Shown: one piece after another, positions 59,500 to 64,000 of the stretch
Layout: the number at the start of each line of letters is the position of its first letter
Numbering within the stretch: position 1 is the first letter of the stretch
DNA from: Eledone cirrhosa
Taxonomy: Eukaryota
Reading direction: 5' to 3'
Assembly (NCBI GenBank): GCA_964016885.1
Contig: OZ024741.1
Location: forward strand, 166,966,001-167,030,000
DNA: 64,000 nucleotides
Translations under genes and position numbers: made by a program
Notes under the pieces: generated by a model
What the model was told of the DNA's origin: nothing
Databases searched by the model: none
Seen by the model: the letters and a program-made list of their open reading frames with translations, nothing else

Positions 59500-62400
59500 G
59501 GGATGATGATAGTTGTGGGTAATGGTGTAGTGGTGTGGTGGTGAGATGGTGGTGGTAGTAGTGGTGTGGGTTGATAGTGATGTTGATAGTAGTGGTGATG
59601 GTGGTGGTGGTGACGGTGGTAGTGGTGGTGGTGATAGTAGTGGTAGTGGTGTGGTGGTGATGGTGTCGATGGTAGTAGTGTGGTGGTGATGGTGTCGATG
59701 GTAGTGGTGTGGTGGTGATGGTGTCGATGGTAGTGGTGTGGTGGTGATGGTGTCGATGGTAGTGGTGGTGGTAATAGTGTGGTAGTGGTGTTGTGGTGAT
59801 GTTGTGGTAGTGGTGGTGGTGTGGTAGTGGTGGTGTTGTGGTGATGTTGTGGTAGTGGTGTAGTGGTGATGTTGTGGTAGTGGTGTAGTGGTGGTGGTGA
59901 TGATAGTAGTGGTGATGGTGGTGGTGGAGTGGCAGTGGTGTTGTGGTGATGTTGTGGTAGTGGTGTAGTGGTGTTGGTGTTGATAGTAGTGGTGATGGTG
60001 GTGGTGGTGTGGCAGTGGTGTAGTGGTGATGTTGTGGTAGTGGTGTAGTGGTGGTGGTGATGATAGTAGTGGTGATGGTGGGGATGTTGTGGTAGTGGTG
60101 TAGTGGTGGTGGTGATGATAGTAGTGGTGATGGTGGTGATGGTGTGGTAGTGGTGTGGTGGTGATGGTGTGGTAGTGGTGTAGTGGTGATGGTGTGGTAG
60201 TGGTGTGGTGGTGATGGTGTGGTAGTGGTGTGGTGGTGATGGTGTGGTAGTGGTGTAGTAGTGTGGTGAGGTAGTAGTGGTGATGGTGTGGTAGTGGTGT
60301 AGTGGTGTGGTGAGGTAGTGGTGTGGTGGTGATGGTGAGGTAGTAGTGTACTGGTGTGGTGTGGTAGTGGTGTAGTGGTGATGGTGTGGTAGTGGTGTAG
60401 TGGTGTGGTGAGGTAGTGGTGTAGTGGTGATGGTGAGGTAGTGGTGTGGTGGTGATGGTGTGGTAGTGGTGTGGTCGTGATGGTGTGGTAGTGGTGTAGT
60501 AGTGTGGTGAGGTAGTAGTGGTGATGGTGTGGTAGTGGTGTAGTGGTGTGGTGAGGTAGTGGTGTGGTGGTGATGGTGTGGTAGTGGTGTGGTGATGTTG
60601 GTGAGGTAGTAGTGTACTGGTGTGGTGTGGTAGTGGTGTGGTGGTGATGGTGTGGTAGTGGTGTGGTGGTGATGGTGTGGTAGTGGTGTGGTCGTGATGG
60701 TGTGGTAGTGGTGTAGTAGTGTGGTGAGGTAGTGGTGTAGTGGTGTGGTGAGGTAGTGGTGTAGTGGTGTGGTGAGGTAATAGTGATGATGGTGTGGTAG
60801 TGGTGTGGTGGTGATGGTGTGGTAGTAGTGATGGTGGTGGTGGTGGTGAGGTAGTGGTGTAGTGGTGTGGTGAGGTAGTAGTGGTGATGGTGATGGTGTG
60901 GTAGTGGTGTGGTGGTGATGGTGTGGTAGTGGAGTGGTGGTGATGGTGTGGTAGTGGTGTAGTGGTGTGGTAAGGTAGTATTGATGGTGGTGATGGTGTG
61001 GTAGTGGTGTAGTGGTGTGGTGAGGTAGTGGTGTAGTGGTGATGGTGTGGTAGTGGTGTAGTGGTGTGGTGAGGTAGTGGTGTAGTGGTGTGGTGAGGTA
61101 GTAGTGAAGTGGTGATGGTGTGGTAGTGGTGTAGTGGTGATGGTGTGGTAGTGGTGTAGTGGTGTGGTGAGGTAGTGGTGTAGTGGTGTGGTGAGGTAGT
61201 AGTGAAGTGGTGATGGTGTGGTAGTGGTGTGGTGATGATGGTGTGGTAGTGGTGTAGTAGTGTGGTGAGGTAGTGGTGTAGTGGTGATGGTGTGGTAGTG
61301 GTGTGGTGATGATGGTGTGGTAGTGGTGTAGTAGTGTGGTGAGGTAGTAGTGGTGATGGTGTGGTAGTGGTGTAGTGGTGTGGTGAGGTAGTAGTGATGG
61401 TGGGTGGTGATGGTGAGGTAGTGGTGTAGTGGTGATGGTGTGGTAGTGGTGTGGTGATGATGGTGAGGTAGTGGTGTAGTGGTGTGGTGAGGTAGTGGTG
61501 TAGTGGTGATGGTGTGGTAGTGGTGTAGTGGTGATGGTGTGGTAGTGGTGTAGTGGTGTGGTGAGGTAGTGGTGTAGTGGTGATGGTGTGGTAGTGGTGT
61601 AGTGGTGTGGTGAGGTAGTAGTGATAGTGGTGGTGGTGAGGTAGTGGTGTGGTGGTGATGGTGTGGTAGTGGTGTAGTGGTGTGGTGAGGTAGTAGTGAT
61701 AGTGGTGATGGTGTGGTAGTGGTGTAGTGGTGGTGGTGAGGTAGTGCTGTGGTGGTGATGGTGTGGTAGTGGTGTAGTGGTGTGGTGAGGTAGTGGTGTA
61801 GTGGTGATGGTGTGGTAGTGGTGTAGTGGTGATGGTGTGGTAGTGGTGTAGTGGTGTGGTGAGGTAGTAGTGATAGTGGTGATGGTGTGGTAGTGGTGTA
61901 GTGGTGTGGTGAGGTAGTAGTGATAGTGGTGGTGGTGAGGTAGTGCTGTGGTGGTGATGGTGTGGTAGTGGTGTAGTGGTGTGGTGAGGTAGTGGTGTAG
62001 TGGTGATGGTGTGGTAGTGGTGTAGTGGTGATGGTGTGGTAGTGGTGTAGTGGTGTGGTGAGGTAGTAGTGATAGTGGTGATGGTGTGGTAGTGGTGTAG
62101 TGGTGATGGTGTGGTAGTGGTGTAGTGGTGTGGTGAGGTAGTAGTGATAGTGGTGATGGTGTGGTAGTGGTGTAGTGGTGATGGTGTGGTAGTGGTGTAG
62201 TGGTGATGGTGTGGTAGTGGTGTAGTGGTGTGGTGGTGTAGTGGTGTGGTGAGGTAGTGGTGTAGTGGTGTGGTGAGGTAGTGGTGTAGTGGTGTGGTGA
62301 GGTAGTGGTGATGGTGTGGTAGTGGTGTAGTGGTGTGGTGAGGTAGTAGTGATAGTGGTGATGGTGTGGTAGTGGTGTAGTGGTGATGGTGTGGTAGTGG

Positions 62401-64000
62401 TGTAGTGGTGATGGTGTGGTAGTGGTGTAGTGGTGATGGTGTGGTAGTGGTGTAGTGGTGATGGTGTGGTAGTGGTGTAGTGGTGTGGTGGTGTAGTGGT
62501 GTGGTGAGGTAGTGGTGTAGTGGTGTGGTGAGGTAGTGGTGTAGTGGTGTGGTGAGGTAGTGGTGTAGTGGTGATGGTGTGGTAGTGGTGTAGTGGTGTG
62601 GTGAGGTAGTAGTGATGGTGGTGATGGTGAGGTAGTGGTGTAGTGGTGAGGGTGTGGTAGTGGTGTGGTGGTGATGGTGTGGTAGTGGTGTAGTGGTGTG
62701 GTGGTGTAGTGGTGTGGTGAGGTAGTGGTGTAGTGGTGTGGTGAGGTAGTGGTGTAGTGGTGATGGTGTGGTAGTGGTGTAGTGGTGATGGTGAGGTAGT
62801 GGTGTGGTGGTGATGGTGTGGTAGTGGTGTGGTGGTGATGGTGTGGTAGTGGTGTAGTGGTGATGGTGTGGTAGTGGTGTAGTGGTGATGGTGAGGTAGT
62901 GGTGTGGTGGTGATGGTGAGGTAGTGGTGTGGTGGTGATGGTGTGGTAGTGGTGTAGTGGTGATGGTGTGGTAGTGGTGTAGTGGTGATGGTGTGGTAGT
63001 GGTGTAGTGGTGTGGTGAGGTAGTAGTGATGGTGGTGATAGTGTGGTAGTGGTGTAGTGGTGATGGTGTGGTAGTGGTGTGGTGGTGATGGTGTGGTAGT
63101 GGTGTGGTGGTGATGGTGTGGTAGTGGTGTAGTGGTGATGGTGTGGTAGTGGTGTAGTGGTGATGGTGAGGTAGTGGTGTGGTGGTGATGGTGAGGTAGT
63201 GGTGTGGTGGTGATGGTGTGGTAGTGGTGTAGTGGTGATGGTGTGGTAGTGGTGTAGTGGTGATGGTGTGGTAGTGGTGTAGTGGTGTGGTGAGGTAGTA
63301 GTGATGGTGGTGATAGTGTGGTAGTGGTGTAGTGGTGATGGTGTGGTAGTGGTGTGGTGGTGATGGTGTGGTAGTGGTGTAGTGGTGATGGTGTGGTAGT
63401 GGTGTAGTGGTGATGGTGTGGTAGTGGTGTAGTGGTGATGGTGAGGTAGTGGTGTGGTGGTGATGGTGAGGTAGTTGTTCTGGTGGTGATGGTGAGGTAG
63501 TAGTGTAGTGGTGTGGTGTGGTAGTGGTGTGGTGGTGATGGTGAGGTAGTGGTGTGGTGATGATGGTGTGGTAGTGGTGTAGTGGTGATGGTGAGGTAGT
63601 GGTGTAGTGGTGTGGTGTGGTAGTAGTGATGGTGGTGATGGTGTGGTAGTGGTGTGGTGGTGATGGTGTGGTAGTGGTGATGGTGGTGATGGTGTGGTAG
63701 TGGTGTGGTGGTGATGGTGAGGTAGTGGTGTAGTGGTGATGGTGAGGTAGTGGTGTGGTGGTGATGGTGTGGTAGTGGTGTGGTGGTGATGGTGTGGTAG
63801 TAGTAATGGTGGTGGTGGCGAGGTTGTGGTGTAGTGGTGATGGTGTGGTAGTGGTGTGGTGGTGATGGTGTGGTAGTAGTGATGGTGGTGGTGGCGAGGT
63901 TGTGGTGTAGTGGTGATGGTGTGGTAGTGGTGTAATGGTGATGGTGAGGTAGTGGTGTGGTGGTGATTGTGTGGTAGTGGTGTAGTGGTGATGGTGAGGT
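59500..64000. repeat. G/T-rich degenerate minisatellite (~25-bp GTGGTAGTGGTGTAGTGGTGATGGT), continues past the window
   Basis: Direct reading; almost no C on the + strand. Confidence 0.95.

Noticed and set aside
59500-64000. Telomeric repeat or His/Tyr-rich structural protein
   Set aside because: No TTAGGG units; irregular unit lengths shift frame constantly; no start or splice context.

Overview
Eukaryotic, AT-rich, microsatellite-saturated DNA, most likely a coleoid cephalopod (octopus-type SINEs plus a molluscan myosin light chain; organism is inferred). The only host gene I can support is a minus-strand myosin essential light chain (ELC): three internal coding exons (17459-17605, 16830-16997, 887-973) with canonical GT-AG, phase-1 junctions. 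Its first and last coding exons were not found. The rest is repeats: an internally deleted mariner with 103-bp TIRs, a non-autonomous Helitron with a PIF1 remnant, a 5'-truncated L1/Tx1 LINE with a 17-bp TSD, fragments of RLE-type LINEs, hAT and Tigger-like MITEs, two tRNA-derived SINE families, tandem arrays (22, 113, ~106, 65, 70, 17 and ~25 bp units) and a 200-N gap. The most notable signal is a dense set of short non-coding inserts in (TA)n tracts, from about ten unrelated sequence families. They share one architecture (tail + long arm + hinge + shorter inverted arm) and many carry complete or partial type I hammerhead ribozyme cores (CTGAnGA...GAAA...TH). One family shows a compensatory stem-I change, and another folds back exactly at the presumed stem II loop. 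These read as Penelope-like pseudo-LTR / retrozyme-like remnants. Nearly all ORFs in the supplied track are microsatellite artefacts. All structures were read by eye; no search or folding program was run.
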